From Synergistales bacterium (lineage in GTDB: Bacteria > Synergistota > Synergistia > Synergistales > JAFGMB01): a stretch of 64,000 nt of DNA. The translations under genes were made by a program, and so were the position numbers. Shown piece by piece: positions 8,154-23,051 of the stretch; position 1 is the stretch's first letter; each line of letters opens with the position of its first letter. The stretch lies in assembly GCA_963666205.1 (NCBI GenBank), contig OY762654.1, positions 224,001 through 288,000 of the forward strand, in the 5' to 3' direction. Below the pieces are notes generated by a model. That model made no database searches. It was not told where the DNA came from and worked only from the letters and a program-made list of their open reading frames with translations.

Positions 8154-9899
8154 TTAATCAATGGTCGCCTGCATAACTTCTTCCAGGCTTGTAAGCCCTT
8201 CAAGGACCTTTCTTATTCCTGCTTCCCTGAGGGTACGCATTCCATTGGCGATAGCAACTTCCCTCAATTTACTCGATGGAGCATCATCAAGGACAAGTTT
8301 ACGTATATGTTCATCCACTTCCATTATCTCGAACAGTCCGGTCCGTCCTTTGTAACCCGTACCTCTGCAGGCATCACACCCAACTGGACGGAAAACCCTG
8401 CTATCTTCCGGAATACCTATGGATCGGCAGGCCTTGGGCGATAACAGTATCTCCTGTCGGCAATAAGGGCACAGCTTTCGGACAAGCCTCTGGGCAAGAA
8501 CGCATACGACAGAAGATGCTACCAGGAACGGGGCTATGTTCATATCCACAAGTCTGGCCATGGCACTGGGTGCGTCATTGGTATGGAGAGTGGAGAGAAC
8601 AAGGTGACCGGTAAGGGCAGCCCTGATTGCAAGCTGTGCTGTTTCCGAGTCACGGATCTCTCCTACCATAACCTTGTCCGGGTCCTGTCTTAATATTGAA
8701 CGAAGAGCGGCACTGAAGGAACGGCCAGCCCTTTCATCTACCTGGATCTGGTTTATGCCTGGAATGGTATATTCGACAGGGTCCTCTACAGTTATGATAT
8801 TGACTTCAGGGACATTGATCCTCTCGAGAACAGAGTAAAGGGATGTGGACTTACCACTCCCTGTAGGTCCCGTTACGAGGAGTATGCCGTAGGGTTTGTT
8901 TATGACCTTGTTGATGATCTTCATTTCTTCTTCATCAAAACCAAGTTTAGGGAGACCGACCATTGCATTTTCCTGGTCAAGAAGTCGAAGGACTATCTTC
9001 TCCCCGTAAATTGTGGGAAGGGAAGAAACTCGAAGGTCGATCCTCCGGTCAAGAACTTTTATAAGGATCCTTCCATCCTGTGGTTTTCGCCTTTCAGTAA
9101 TATCCATGTTACCCATTATCTTTATTCTCGAAGATACAGCCGGGTGAAGGTTGGCTGGAAAATCCAGTGAATCGAAACATAGTCCATCCACACGGTACCG
9201 GACACGGGTCAGTCTTTCAAAGGGTTCAATATGGATATCAGATGCACCTTCCAGGGCCGCCTGTTCCAGGACACCATTGACAAGCTGAATGACAGGTGCA
9301 TCATCAGCACTTGCATCGCTCTGGATCCGGGAGAGGTCAAGTTCAATTGATCCGCTGGATTCATCTACAACTTCTACCATGGCATTTTTGAGAGAACCCA
9401 TGACCTTGTAGAAGTTGGGAATTTCCCTTCTGATCTCGGAAGGGACTGCCAGGGTGAGTTCAACGTCCATTCCAGTGAGAACACGGAGTTCATCAATGGT
9501 AAGGAGGTTCAGAGGTTCAGCTATTGCTACTCTCAGGCGATTGCCTTCCAGAACGGAAAGGGGAACTATCTCCAGTCTTTCTGCAACAGCCATGGGGACA
9601 ACGCTGAGTGCTTCCGTCATTGGACGGTACCTGGCAAGGGATATCATGGGAAGCTGGAGCTGAGCACTCAAAGCTTCAGCCAATTGCCTCTCAGTGAGCC
9701 ATTCTCTTTCGATCAGAATTTCCCCTAAACGTTTGTGGGTCCTGTCCTGCTCTTTAAGGGCATCATCCAGCTGCTCGGAGGTAATAATACCGGCTTCTGT
9801 AAGTATATCCCCGATGAGGATGGGACGTATTCTCATTTCACTCTTTGTCAGGGTTTTTTGTTCAACTTCCAATTCTTCGTCCTGCAGTCTGTCTTCCAT
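8154..9899 (-). CDS. pilB: Pilus extension ATPase PilB (GspE family) with N-terminal MshEN-type domain
   Basis: ASDIHIEP, PQDGR, GPTGSGKST, LRQDPD, GHLVLSTLHTN, CPYC..CDAC zinc motif, GYKGR. Confidence 0.95.
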   Translation of the reverse strand: MEDRLQDEELEVEQKTLTKSEMRIRPILIGDILTEAGIITSEQLDDALKEQDRTHKRLGEILIEREWLTERQLAEALSAQLQLPMISLARYRPMTEALSVVPMAVAERLEIVPLSVLEGNRLRVAIAEPLNLLTIDELRVLTGMDVELTLAVPSEIRREIPNFYKVMGSLKNAMVEVVDESSGSIELDLSRIQSDASADDAPVIQLVNGVLEQAALEGASDIHIEPFERLTRVRYRVDGLCFDSLDFPANLHPAVSSRIKIMGNMDITERRKPQDGRILIKVLDRRIDLRVSSLPTIYGEKIVLRLLDQENAMVGLPKLGFDEEEMKIINKVINKPYGILLVTGPTGSGKSTSLYSVLERINVPEVNIITVEDPVEYTIPGINQIQVDERAGRSFSAALRSILRQDPDKVMVGEIRDSETAQLAIRAALTGHLVLSTLHTNDAPSAMARLVDMNIAPFLVASSVVCVLAQRLVRKLCPYCRQEILLSPKACRSIGIPEDSRVFRPVGCDACRGTGYKGRTGLFEIMEVDEHIRKLVLDDAPSSKLREVAIANGMRTLREAGIRKVLEGLTSLEEVMQATID

Positions 9900-10030
9900 A
9901 TATAGAATGCCTCCACTGAACGCTGATCATAAACGTGTACATCTAGGAAACTATATCATTTTAAAGGGTCTTCATCAAATAAAGTTTTTTCGTCTGTCAG
10001 AGCAGAGTATCACGTTGTAATATTTAGTTA

Positions 10031-10060
10031 ATTATACCATGCAATCCAGGGATTACGCTA
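10031..10060 (-). promoter_or_regulatory. Candidate sigma70 promoter of the pil operon
   Basis: Extended -10 TGGTATAAT (10031-10039) with weak -35 TAGCGT at 18 bp, ~130 nt upstream of pilB. Confidence 0.45.
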
Positions 10061-10360
10061 TTTTCTCCTGAAAAGGATTATCTGAAATGCTGATCGGTGA
10101 ATCATAGATACCAGTTCAGAGGTGGTCAGATTGGGAATATTAAGAATGGGCAGCAAAAACGTTATTGCTGTTCAGACTGGTACACAAGTAGCATGCTCAG
10201 ATCTCATGCATGGTATCGGCAATGATAAGTTCAGACTGAGAGCAGTTTGTAAGTCTTGGAAACCAGAGTTATTGATCATTATTATCGTGTAATAACGGGG
10301 GATATGAGGGTTAATTTTATGTAGTTCAGGAAAGGGAGGTGTCAGGACAGCAAAAAAGGT

Positions 10361-10478
10361 TTCTGGCAGCGACCTACTCTCCCACGGATACCCTCCGCAG
10401 TACCATCGGCGCTGGAGGGCTTAACTGCCGGGTTCGGCATGGAACCGGGTGTACCCCCTCCGCTATTACCACCAGAAA
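10361..10478 (-). rRNA. rrf: 5S rRNA
   Basis: Reverse complement has TTCTGGTGG..CCCGGTTCCATGCCGAACCCGGCAGTTAAG..GGGAGAGTAGGTCGCTGCCAG. Confidence 0.97.
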
Positions 10479-10546
10479 CCTTATTTAAATCTATACCCGT
10501 ACGGGTCAAGACAGAAGAACAAGGTGTTTTACTTAAATCAGTAGAA

Positions 10547-13540
<2,994 letters not shown>

Positions 13541-13621
13541 TTACATTCTACTGATTTAAGTAACTTCACCTATTCTGCTGTCAAGGTCCTGTACGGGAAA
13601 ACATATGTCCAGATAACATTC

Positions 13622-13696
13622 TGGTGGAGATGATCGGATTCGAACCGACGACTTCCTGCGTGCAAGGCAGGCGCTCTCCCACTGAGCTACATCCCC
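13622..13696 (-). tRNA. tRNA-Ala(TGC)
   Basis: GGGGATGTAGCTCAG..CCTGC-CT-TGC-AC-GCAGG..GGTTCGAATC..CATCTCCACCA; G3:U70 pair; encoded CCA. Confidence 0.97.
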
Positions 13697-13706
13697 ACTA
13701 TTTAAA

Positions 13707-13783
<77 letters not shown>

Positions 13784-13846
13784 AGAAAACGGTATATCAG
13801 AAAAAGCCAGCCATCATTTCGTGTTACATAAGCCCCTGAGGGCTCT

Positions 13847-15385
<1,539 letters not shown>

Positions 15386-15467
15386 ATCCTGTCTGGCTCG
15401 CTTAAATCTGATATACCGTATTCTTTTGCCAAGTTTCCGTTGCCCGCGCTGATGGGCAACAGCGAAG

Positions 15468-15496
15468 AATATACCACGGGTTTCTCAGTTATGCAA
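15468..15496 (-). promoter_or_regulatory. rRNA operon sigma70 promoter
   Basis: TTGCAT-17 bp-TATATT with TG extension, followed by leader hairpin GTTGCCC/GGGCAAC (15439-15460). Confidence 0.75.
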
Positions 15497-15541
15497 GCCC
15501 TAAATCTCATTTTTGTTGAAAGATTTTTCCCTGTCCGGGAA

Positions 15542-15550
15542 TGGTATAAT
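15542..15550 (+). promoter_or_regulatory. Extended -10 promoter element for the PBP gene, divergent from rrn
   Basis: TGGTATAAT about 100 nt upstream of ATG 15654; no clear -35. Confidence 0.45.
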
Positions 15551-15653
15551 TCTTCGTGTTTCGATATTATAAGCTTTACCCTCAAGTTTTGTCTACATCT
15601 ACCGGGCCATATCGGTATCAGAGGGTATTACGCTCTGCTACAGGAGGATCTAT

Positions 15654-17915
15654 ATGGGAAAGGCAAAGCATACTAAAAAAACTGGAAAGGCTACACATTT
15701 CTCTTTTTTACGATTTATTGTCTACAGCATCGTTTTCATCATCCTTGTTTCTGCGGCTGCGGGATTGATATATATATCTTTATATATAAAAAATGTTTCT
15801 GCAGATCTTCCATCTGATGACGAAATGCTTTTACACAAAGCAAGCAGAGCAAGTGTCATCTATGACAGGAATGGAGAGATCATAGCAAAGCTATTTCTTG
15901 AGAACCGGTCCCCTATCGTCCTGCAGGAGATATCCCCCTGGATGATCAAGGCTACCCTGGCTGCCGAGGATTCATCTTTTTATAAACACCCTGGCATGAA
16001 GATAACAGCGATTCTAAGAGCATTCTGGGTAGATATCATGCATCAGGATGTCCGGCAGGGGGGAAGCACAATCACCCAGCAGCTGGCAAGAAATCTTTTT
16101 CTGAGTCAGGAAAGGACTCTTGAGAGAAAGGCGAAAGAACTCATACTGGCAATAAGGCTCGAGGGACTCTTTTCAAAGGACAGGATACTTGAAATGTACC
16201 TTAACACCATCTATTTCGGTCATGGTGCATGGGGTATAGATACAGCATCCAAGACTTATTTCGGAAAGAATGCTTCTGATCTGACAGCTGCTGAAGCTTC
16301 CATGCTTGCAGGACTTATCGCAGCACCAAGCCGTTATACACCTCTGAGATCTCCAGAAAAAGCGAAACAGAGACAATCATACGTTATCCGAAGACTTCTG
16401 GACCTTGGATGGATATCAGAGGATGAAGCTCAAGACGCGATAAATGAAGAGATCATTTACAGACATACCCCTAACAAAGCTGAAGAATATAACAAGGCAC
16501 CATATTTTGTCTCTGACATTCTCTTCTCATCCCTTCTTCCAACATACGGGAAAGATGCCGTATACAAAGGCGGCATGGAAATACATACAACACTCGATCT
16601 GAGGCTGCAGGAAGCAGCTGACAGCGCTATCACTAAACTGAAGACCGAAGGAGCGATTATTGCGATCGACCCTGAAACAGGAGAGATCCTGGCAATGTCA
16701 GGGGGTAAGAATTTTAACCAGAGCAAGTTCAATAGGGCTGTCCAGGCATACAGGCAGCCGGGTTCTGCATTCAAGCCGATTGTATACGCTGCAGCTTTTG
16801 AGAATGGAATAATGCCTATTGACCATATTCTGGATGCACCCATATCATTTGATCACCAGGGTCCTGATGATGAAATATGGTCACCTGGAAATTACAGCGG
16901 TAATTTCCATGGAGAGGTTACTATAATAGAGGCACTTACTCATTCCTATAATACGGTATCAGTAAGGACAGCCGAGATGATAGGGATCGCGCCTGTCATT
17001 TCAATGGCACGTAGAACTGGAATAACTTCCCAGTATCTTCCTCACGATCTTTCTGCTTCTCTGGGAAGCGCCAGTATTACCCCCCTGGAACTTGCTGTCG
17101 TCTATTCATCTTTTGCAAATGACGGGAAACGGGTTCATCCCTTCTCTATCAGACACATAGAAGACAGGACAGGACAGGTGCTGGAATCCCATCAGCCAAT
17201 GGTCAGCCAGGCCATATCTCCTCAGACTTCGATGGTTATGAGATCACTCCTTATGGATGTGGTCAAAGCTGGGACCGGTCAGAGATGCAGGATCCCGGAG
17301 TATGACGTTTTCGGGAAAACAGGTACGACAAACGAATTTATGGATGCATGGTTCGCAGGTGGTGTACCTGGACTTGTAACAGTTGTCTATGCTGGGAACG
17401 ATGATCACAGTACCATAGGCAATAAAGCCACAGGAGGGGTAATTGCCGGACCAGTATGGAAGGATTTCATGGCAAGAGCAGTGGTTTTATTAAACCTTCA
17501 GAAGAAGTTTACAGTTCCTCCTGCCAGCGGAGTTCAGCTTGTAAGGATTTGCAGGGATACAGGTTATCTTGCCACTTCAGACTGTCCAGGAACTGATATA
17601 TACCTCCCCCTTGAAAATGTTCCTGAATCCTATTGTCCAACCCATGGAGGAGATACTTACCTTGCCCGGATTGACCCAAGGGCTCCCAGGATACTCCTTC
17701 TTCCGGACGATTCCGAACTCTATAGTCAATACAGAAAAGGATATAGTGGGAACAGATCCATGGATCAAGTTGCGGAAACAAGGGTGATACAGGGAAACAA
17801 GGCTCCGGAGCTTCCTGCAGAAAAAGTCGATCCTTATAAAAAGGATCCCAGTTCACCCGAAGAGATTGAGAAAAGGTATCAGGATCTGCTTAAACAGTAT
17901 GGAATTACAGATTAA
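15654..17915 (+). CDS. Class A penicillin-binding protein (PBP1A family, transglycosylase/transpeptidase)
   Basis: EDSSFYKHPG, GGSTITQQLARN, RKAKE, YLN; SAFK, SYN, KTGT transpeptidase motifs. Confidence 0.95.
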   Translation: MGKAKHTKKTGKATHFSFLRFIVYSIVFIILVSAAAGLIYISLYIKNVSADLPSDDEMLLHKASRASVIYDRNGEIIAKLFLENRSPIVLQEISPWMIKATLAAEDSSFYKHPGMKITAILRAFWVDIMHQDVRQGGSTITQQLARNLFLSQERTLERKAKELILAIRLEGLFSKDRILEMYLNTIYFGHGAWGIDTASKTYFGKNASDLTAAEASMLAGLIAAPSRYTPLRSPEKAKQRQSYVIRRLLDLGWISEDEAQDAINEEIIYRHTPNKAEEYNKAPYFVSDILFSSLLPTYGKDAVYKGGMEIHTTLDLRLQEAADSAITKLKTEGAIIAIDPETGEILAMSGGKNFNQSKFNRAVQAYRQPGSAFKPIVYAAAFENGIMPIDHILDAPISFDHQGPDDEIWSPGNYSGNFHGEVTIIEALTHSYNTVSVRTAEMIGIAPVISMARRTGITSQYLPHDLSASLGSASITPLELAVVYSSFANDGKRVHPFSIRHIEDRTGQVLESHQPMVSQAISPQTSMVMRSLLMDVVKAGTGQRCRIPEYDVFGKTGTTNEFMDAWFAGGVPGLVTVVYAGNDDHSTIGNKATGGVIAGPVWKDFMARAVVLLNLQKKFTVPPASGVQLVRICRDTGYLATSDCPGTDIYLPLENVPESYCPTHGGDTYLARIDPRAPRILLLPDDSELYSQYRKGYSGNRSMDQVAETRVIQGNKAPELPAEKVDPYKKDPSSPEEIEKRYQDLLKQYGITD

Positions 17916-17925
17916 GTAATTATAT

Positions 17926-17976
17926 TCAAACCAAAAAGGTCCGCCCGTAAAAACCGGGCGGACCTTTTTGGTTTGA
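17926..17976. terminator. Bidirectional intrinsic terminator between convergent PBP and ppsA
   Basis: 22-bp perfect inverted repeat TCAAACCAAAAAGGTCCGCCCG / CGGGCGGACCTTTTTGGTTTGA with T tracts on both strands. Confidence 0.92.
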
Positions 17977-17981
17977 TATAG

Positions 17982-20348
17982 TTATAGCTGTCCACGTAGA
18001 CTGTTAAGAAGAATTTTCTGTTCAACAGATGCAACAAGTTTTCTCGTGTAAGAAACAGTGTCCGGGTTGATACTCATACTATCTATACCCTGGCGTACAA
18101 GGAATTCTGCAAAGTCCGGGTACAGTGACGGGCCCTGACCGCATATGGAACATGTCTTTCCATACTTGTGGGCTGCCTTGATAAGTATCTCAATAGCCCT
18201 CTGGACGGAGATGTTTCTCTCATCAAAATAGCCCATATTATTAAGTATACCTGAATCTCTGTCCACTCCCATAACCAGCTGGGTAAGATCATTACTCCCA
18301 ATACTGAATCCGTCAACAAGCTGGGCAAATTCCTCTGCTGCAAAAACAACGGATGGAACTTCGGCCATTATCCATAGTTTGAAAGAAGAGTTCTGAATCA
18401 GGCCTTCAGAGGCCATAATAGCTTTGACCCGCTCAAGTTCCCAAGTGGTCCTGACAAAGGGAAGCATCACCCAGACGTTGATAAGGCCATACTCTTCACG
18501 AACCTTCCTTATTGCATTGCATTCCAGCCTGAAACCTTTCTCGTATTCAGGTGATATATATCGGGAGACTCCACGCCAACCTATCATAGGATTGTTCTCT
18601 ATCGGTTCAACTTCTTCTCCGCCCTTCAGTCCCCTGAATTCATTGGTTCTGAAATCACTCATCCTGACAACAATGGGTCTTGGATAGATCTGCTGGGCAA
18701 CTGAGGTAATCCCTTCAGCCATTTTTTCAATAAGCAGTTTCCCCTGTCCTGTTTTAACCAGATACATGGGATGGATCCCCACCATATTGGTAAAGATGAA
18801 CTCGGTACGCATAAGGCCGATCCCGTCAAAGGGAAGCCCAAGATACTTGTTTATAATAGAGGGTTCACCGAGGTTCATATATATCTTTGTCCCGGTAATG
18901 GGAGCAAGCTTGTTAACAAGGTCAGCAGATGCGATCTGGGTGGAGGGTTCACTGACCTTTGCAGCCTCTTCAACTGCGGCCTGCGTTTTACCTTCAAAGA
19001 CAACACCCCTTGTGGCATCCACTGTTACGATCATACCTTCCTCCAGGTTCGTGGTACCACTCTTCGAACCAACAATACATGGTATTCCCAGTTCTCTGGA
19101 AACTATGGCAGCATGGCAGGTTCTTCCACCTTCATCTGTGACCACAGCGGCAGCTTTTCTCATGGCTGGAACCATGTCAGGGTTGGTCATGCCAGTTACA
19201 AGGATGTCACCTTCGGTGACCCTTGCTATCTCATTGAGGTCTTTGATTATTATGACAGGACCGGAAGCTATACCGGGTGATGCTGCCAATCCCCGGACAA
19301 GTACGTTCAGTTTTTCTTCCCTAGGAGTATCCATTTCTGCTTTTACCTCCCCAAGAGTTGTAATGGGTCGAGCCTGAAGAATATAAAGTTCATTCGTATC
19401 ATTATCCAGAGCCCATTCAATATCCATCGGTTGAGAATAGATCTCTTCTATGGCTATTGCTGCACCATATAATTCCATTAATTCTTTCTGAACAAGAGAA
19501 CTTTCACTAACTGCAGCAGCTCCCAGGTAGTCCTTTACAGGTACATCAGTTGTACCGATACCATCATCCCTGTTCACTATCATCAGGTTCTTTTCAGCTA
19601 TGAACTGATCCTTGATCGCGAATTCCTTTTTATCCAGAATGTATTCATCCGGGGTTACACTGCCAGAAACCACCGCCTCGCCAAGCCCCCAGCTTGAGTT
19701 GATCATAATCTCATTACGATCATTGGAAACCGGGTTAGCAGTAAACATTACTCCAGCCTTGGCGCTATTCACCATTTTCTGAACGACGGCGCTTAAAGAG
19801 ACATCAAAGTGGTCATAGCCCTGTTGTTCCCTGTAATACGTTGCTCTTGCAGTCCAGAGGGAAGCCCAGCATCTCTTTACATGGCTTATGACCTCAACAT
19901 TGGTATGGATATGAAGATAGGTATCCTGCTGACCAGCGAATGAAGCATCTGGAAGGTCCTCCGCAGTGGCAGAGCTTCTGACCGCCACTTCGAGGTCCTT
20001 AAGATGGCATCGTTCACATAGTTCATCGTAGGCTGAACTGATCTCATTTTCAATCTCAACAGGAGTAGTTGATCCCAGAATAAGATCTCTGATTTCTGTG
20101 CACTTGCTGAAAAGTTCGTCCGAATTCTCAAAATGGATGGATGAAATGATACTTCGTATCTGATCCCTGAGTCCGACCTTTTCTATAAAATCCGAATAAG
20201 CTCCGGAAGTTACACAAAAACCTGGTGGAACCTTTGCACCATGAGATGTAAGTTCCCCCAGATTTGCCCCTTTCCCACCTACAAGAGGAATATCCTTTTT
20301 GGATATTTCATTGAACCACTTGATGTATTTACGGGTCAATTTGAACAA
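17982..20348 (-). CDS. ppsA: Phosphoenolpyruvate synthase (pyruvate, water dikinase)
   Basis: GGKGANLGEL, VAVRSSATAEDLPDASFAGQQDT, LQARPIT, GGRTCHAAI phospho-His, FSIGSNDLTQ. Confidence 0.96.
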   Translation of the reverse strand: MFKLTRKYIKWFNEISKKDIPLVGGKGANLGELTSHGAKVPPGFCVTSGAYSDFIEKVGLRDQIRSIISSIHFENSDELFSKCTEIRDLILGSTTPVEIENEISSAYDELCERCHLKDLEVAVRSSATAEDLPDASFAGQQDTYLHIHTNVEVISHVKRCWASLWTARATYYREQQGYDHFDVSLSAVVQKMVNSAKAGVMFTANPVSNDRNEIMINSSWGLGEAVVSGSVTPDEYILDKKEFAIKDQFIAEKNLMIVNRDDGIGTTDVPVKDYLGAAAVSESSLVQKELMELYGAAIAIEEIYSQPMDIEWALDNDTNELYILQARPITTLGEVKAEMDTPREEKLNVLVRGLAASPGIASGPVIIIKDLNEIARVTEGDILVTGMTNPDMVPAMRKAAAVVTDEGGRTCHAAIVSRELGIPCIVGSKSGTTNLEEGMIVTVDATRGVVFEGKTQAAVEEAAKVSEPSTQIASADLVNKLAPITGTKIYMNLGEPSIINKYLGLPFDGIGLMRTEFIFTNMVGIHPMYLVKTGQGKLLIEKMAEGITSVAQQIYPRPIVVRMSDFRTNEFRGLKGGEEVEPIENNPMIGWRGVSRYISPEYEKGFRLECNAIRKVREEYGLINVWVMLPFVRTTWELERVKAIMASEGLIQNSSFKLWIMAEVPSVVFAAEEFAQLVDGFSIGSNDLTQLVMGVDRDSGILNNMGYFDERNISVQRAIEILIKAAHKYGKTCSICGQGPSLYPDFAEFLVRQGIDSMSINPDTVSYTRKLVASVEQKILLNSLRGQL

Positions 20349-20356
20349 CCCCCTTC

Positions 20357-23017
20357 TTATTTTATAAGGCCCAACTGAGCATGAGCTGCAGAGATTCTAG
20401 CTACCGGAACTCTGTAAGGAGAACAGCTTACATAATTCAACCCCAGAGAGTGACAGAAGGCAATACTATCCGGATCTCCTCCATGTTCACCACATATACC
20501 AACGGACATCTCGGGTCTGACTTTTCTTCCCTTTCGAACGGCAAGGGACATGAGGAATCCGACCCCTTTCCTGTCGATGCTATTGAAGGGATTTCTATTC
20601 ATAATCCCCTTTGCCACATACTTAAGAAGGAACTTGGCCTCCGCATCGTCTCTGGATATTCCAAGGGTTGTCTGAGTAAGATCATTGGTACCGAAACTGA
20701 AGAATTCGGCTTCCTCCGCGAGTTCATCTGCCACACAGGCTGCCCTGGGTAATTCTATCATGGTTCCTGTTTTATAATACAGGTCAAGTCCGGAACGTTT
20801 CTGATAATCTGTGGCGATCTGTCTTATCATTTCCTTTATTGATAAGAATTCTTCCTTAACACTAACCAGGGGGACCATTATTTCCGGTGCCGCTTCTATG
20901 CCATTATTCTTCACTTCAACAAGGGCTTCAAAAATAGCCCGGATCTGCATTTGATATATCTCTGGATGGATTATGCCCAGACGGCAACCCCTGAAACCCA
21001 TCATTGGATTGGCTTCTCGTAAAGAACGGACCATATCAATGGCTTTATGCACCTTTTCATCTTCCAGACTGTTGCGGAAACCGCTTTCTTCAAGATCAGC
21101 AAGATACCCCATCAGTTCTTCTTCTTTTGGGAGAAATTCATGGAGAGGCGGATCAAGAAGGCGTATTATGACCGGGAGTCCATCCATAGCCCTGAATATG
21201 CTTTTGAAGTCTTCCTTCTGCATCGCCTGAAGTCTGTCAAGCTTTGCCCTCCTGTCATCCGGGTTATCTGATATGATCATTTCCTGCATGACAGGCAATC
21301 TGTCCACAGCCATAAACATGTGTTCCGTTCGGCACAGACCGATCCCTTTGGCTCCGAAGTCCTTCGCCCTCAAAGCATCATCTGGAGTATCTGAATTTGC
21401 CCAGACTTCAAGTGCAGCTATGTCATCACACCATTTAAGAAAGGTCTCAAACTCCGGGCTTATTGAAGCTTTGACAAGAGGGACTTCACCAAGAACTATC
21501 TTTCCAGTACTTCCATCTATGGAAAGAATTTCTCCTTTGGTTATTGTTGTATTACCAACTCTTATGACCTCATTTTCAAGATCCACATCCAACTCTTCAC
21601 ACCCGCTGACACATGGTTTCCCAAGTCCCCTTGCAACAACTGCAGCATGACTGGTCATGCCCCCACGGCTGGTGACAACTCCTTCAGCTGCATAGAGCCC
21701 ATGGACATCATCGGGTGTAGTTTCCGGACGGGCAAGGATGACACTTATACCCTCCTCTTTCATTTTTACTGCAACGTCGGGGTCAAAAACGACCTGACCT
21801 ACAGCCGCACCAGGGGATGCAGGCAGTCCTGACGCAATTATTGAGACATCCGCATCGGGATCAAACTGATCGTGTAGTAAAAGTTCTACCTGTCCAGGAG
21901 TTACCCTTGAAACTGCAATTCTATGGTCAATAAGGCCTTCCGAAACCATCTCGACACCGATACGGACGGCAGCCGCAGCACTCCTTTTGCCTGTTCTGGT
22001 CTGAAGAATATATAACTTGCCATTTTCTATTGTAAATTCTATGTCCTGCATGTCCCTGTAAAAGGATTCAAGAGAATAACAGATCTTGAAAAGCTCCTCG
22101 TAGATCTTGGGAAATATCTCTTTAAGCCTTGAAATATCCATGGGTGTACGGATACCGGCCACAACATCCTCGCCCTGGGCATTGACCAGGAATTCACCGT
22201 AGAGGTCCCTGGATCCTGTGGCAGGATTCCTGGTAAAACATACACCTGTCCCTGAAGTATTACTGGAATTGCCAAAGACCATGGCAACTACGTTTACGGC
22301 AGTTCCGAGATCATCCGGAATGGAATGGATCTTCCTGTAGGTTTTAGCTCTCTGATTGTTCCAGCTGTCAAAAACGGCTTCTGTAGCACTTTTAAGCTGT
22401 ACCCAGGGATCTTCGGGAAAATCTGTATAAGTCCTGCTCCTGTATATCTCGAGAAATTCACTTACCAGTTCTTCAAGGGCTTTTGCACTGATTTCATGAT
22501 CATAATTAACATTTTCCTTCTGTCTGACTTTTTTGAGGGCTGATTCAAAAACCTCGCTGTCGATTCCCATTACGACGTTGGAATACATCTGGATAAACCT
22601 TCGATAGCTATCAAAGGCAAACCGTCTGTCCCCGGAAATGCTGGCCATGGTTTCAACTGTTATACTATTAAGACCAAGATTCAGGATAGTATCCATCATT
22701 CCCGGCATGGAAATGGGTGCTCCTGAACGGACAGATACGAGGAGCGGGTTATCATGACCCCCGAATATTTTGCCCGTTTCATTCTCAATTGATCTCACAG
22801 CAGAAAGAACATCATGCCATATACCCTCAAGGAATTCCGGACCTGAACGGAGATATTGCAGGCATGCCGAGGTTGTGATAGTAAAACCAGGTGGCACGGG
22901 AATACCATTAACAGTCATCTGAGCAAGATTTGCTCCTTTTCCTCCCAGAAGTGCTTTCATCCCTGAATTTCCTTCACTGAAGTTATAGACATATTTTGAA
23001 TCTGGACTTTCAACCAT
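20357..23017 (-). CDS. ppdK: Pyruvate, phosphate dikinase
   Basis: LLVSVRSGAPISMPGMMDT, NAQGEDVVAG, GGMTSHAAVVAR, GLCRTEHMF, FSFGTNDLTQ. Confidence 0.97.
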   Translation of the reverse strand: MVESPDSKYVYNFSEGNSGMKALLGGKGANLAQMTVNGIPVPPGFTITTSACLQYLRSGPEFLEGIWHDVLSAVRSIENETGKIFGGHDNPLLVSVRSGAPISMPGMMDTILNLGLNSITVETMASISGDRRFAFDSYRRFIQMYSNVVMGIDSEVFESALKKVRQKENVNYDHEISAKALEELVSEFLEIYRSRTYTDFPEDPWVQLKSATEAVFDSWNNQRAKTYRKIHSIPDDLGTAVNVVAMVFGNSSNTSGTGVCFTRNPATGSRDLYGEFLVNAQGEDVVAGIRTPMDISRLKEIFPKIYEELFKICYSLESFYRDMQDIEFTIENGKLYILQTRTGKRSAAAAVRIGVEMVSEGLIDHRIAVSRVTPGQVELLLHDQFDPDADVSIIASGLPASPGAAVGQVVFDPDVAVKMKEEGISVILARPETTPDDVHGLYAAEGVVTSRGGMTSHAAVVARGLGKPCVSGCEELDVDLENEVIRVGNTTITKGEILSIDGSTGKIVLGEVPLVKASISPEFETFLKWCDDIAALEVWANSDTPDDALRAKDFGAKGIGLCRTEHMFMAVDRLPVMQEMIISDNPDDRRAKLDRLQAMQKEDFKSIFRAMDGLPVIIRLLDPPLHEFLPKEEELMGYLADLEESGFRNSLEDEKVHKAIDMVRSLREANPMMGFRGCRLGIIHPEIYQMQIRAIFEALVEVKNNGIEAAPEIMVPLVSVKEEFLSIKEMIRQIATDYQKRSGLDLYYKTGTMIELPRAACVADELAEEAEFFSFGTNDLTQTTLGISRDDAEAKFLLKYVAKGIMNRNPFNSIDRKGVGFLMSLAVRKGRKVRPEMSVGICGEHGGDPDSIAFCHSLGLNYVSCSPYRVPVARISAAHAQLGLIK

Positions 23018-23051
23018 CGGACATCCCTCCTTAAAGTTACATGGGACCGGC

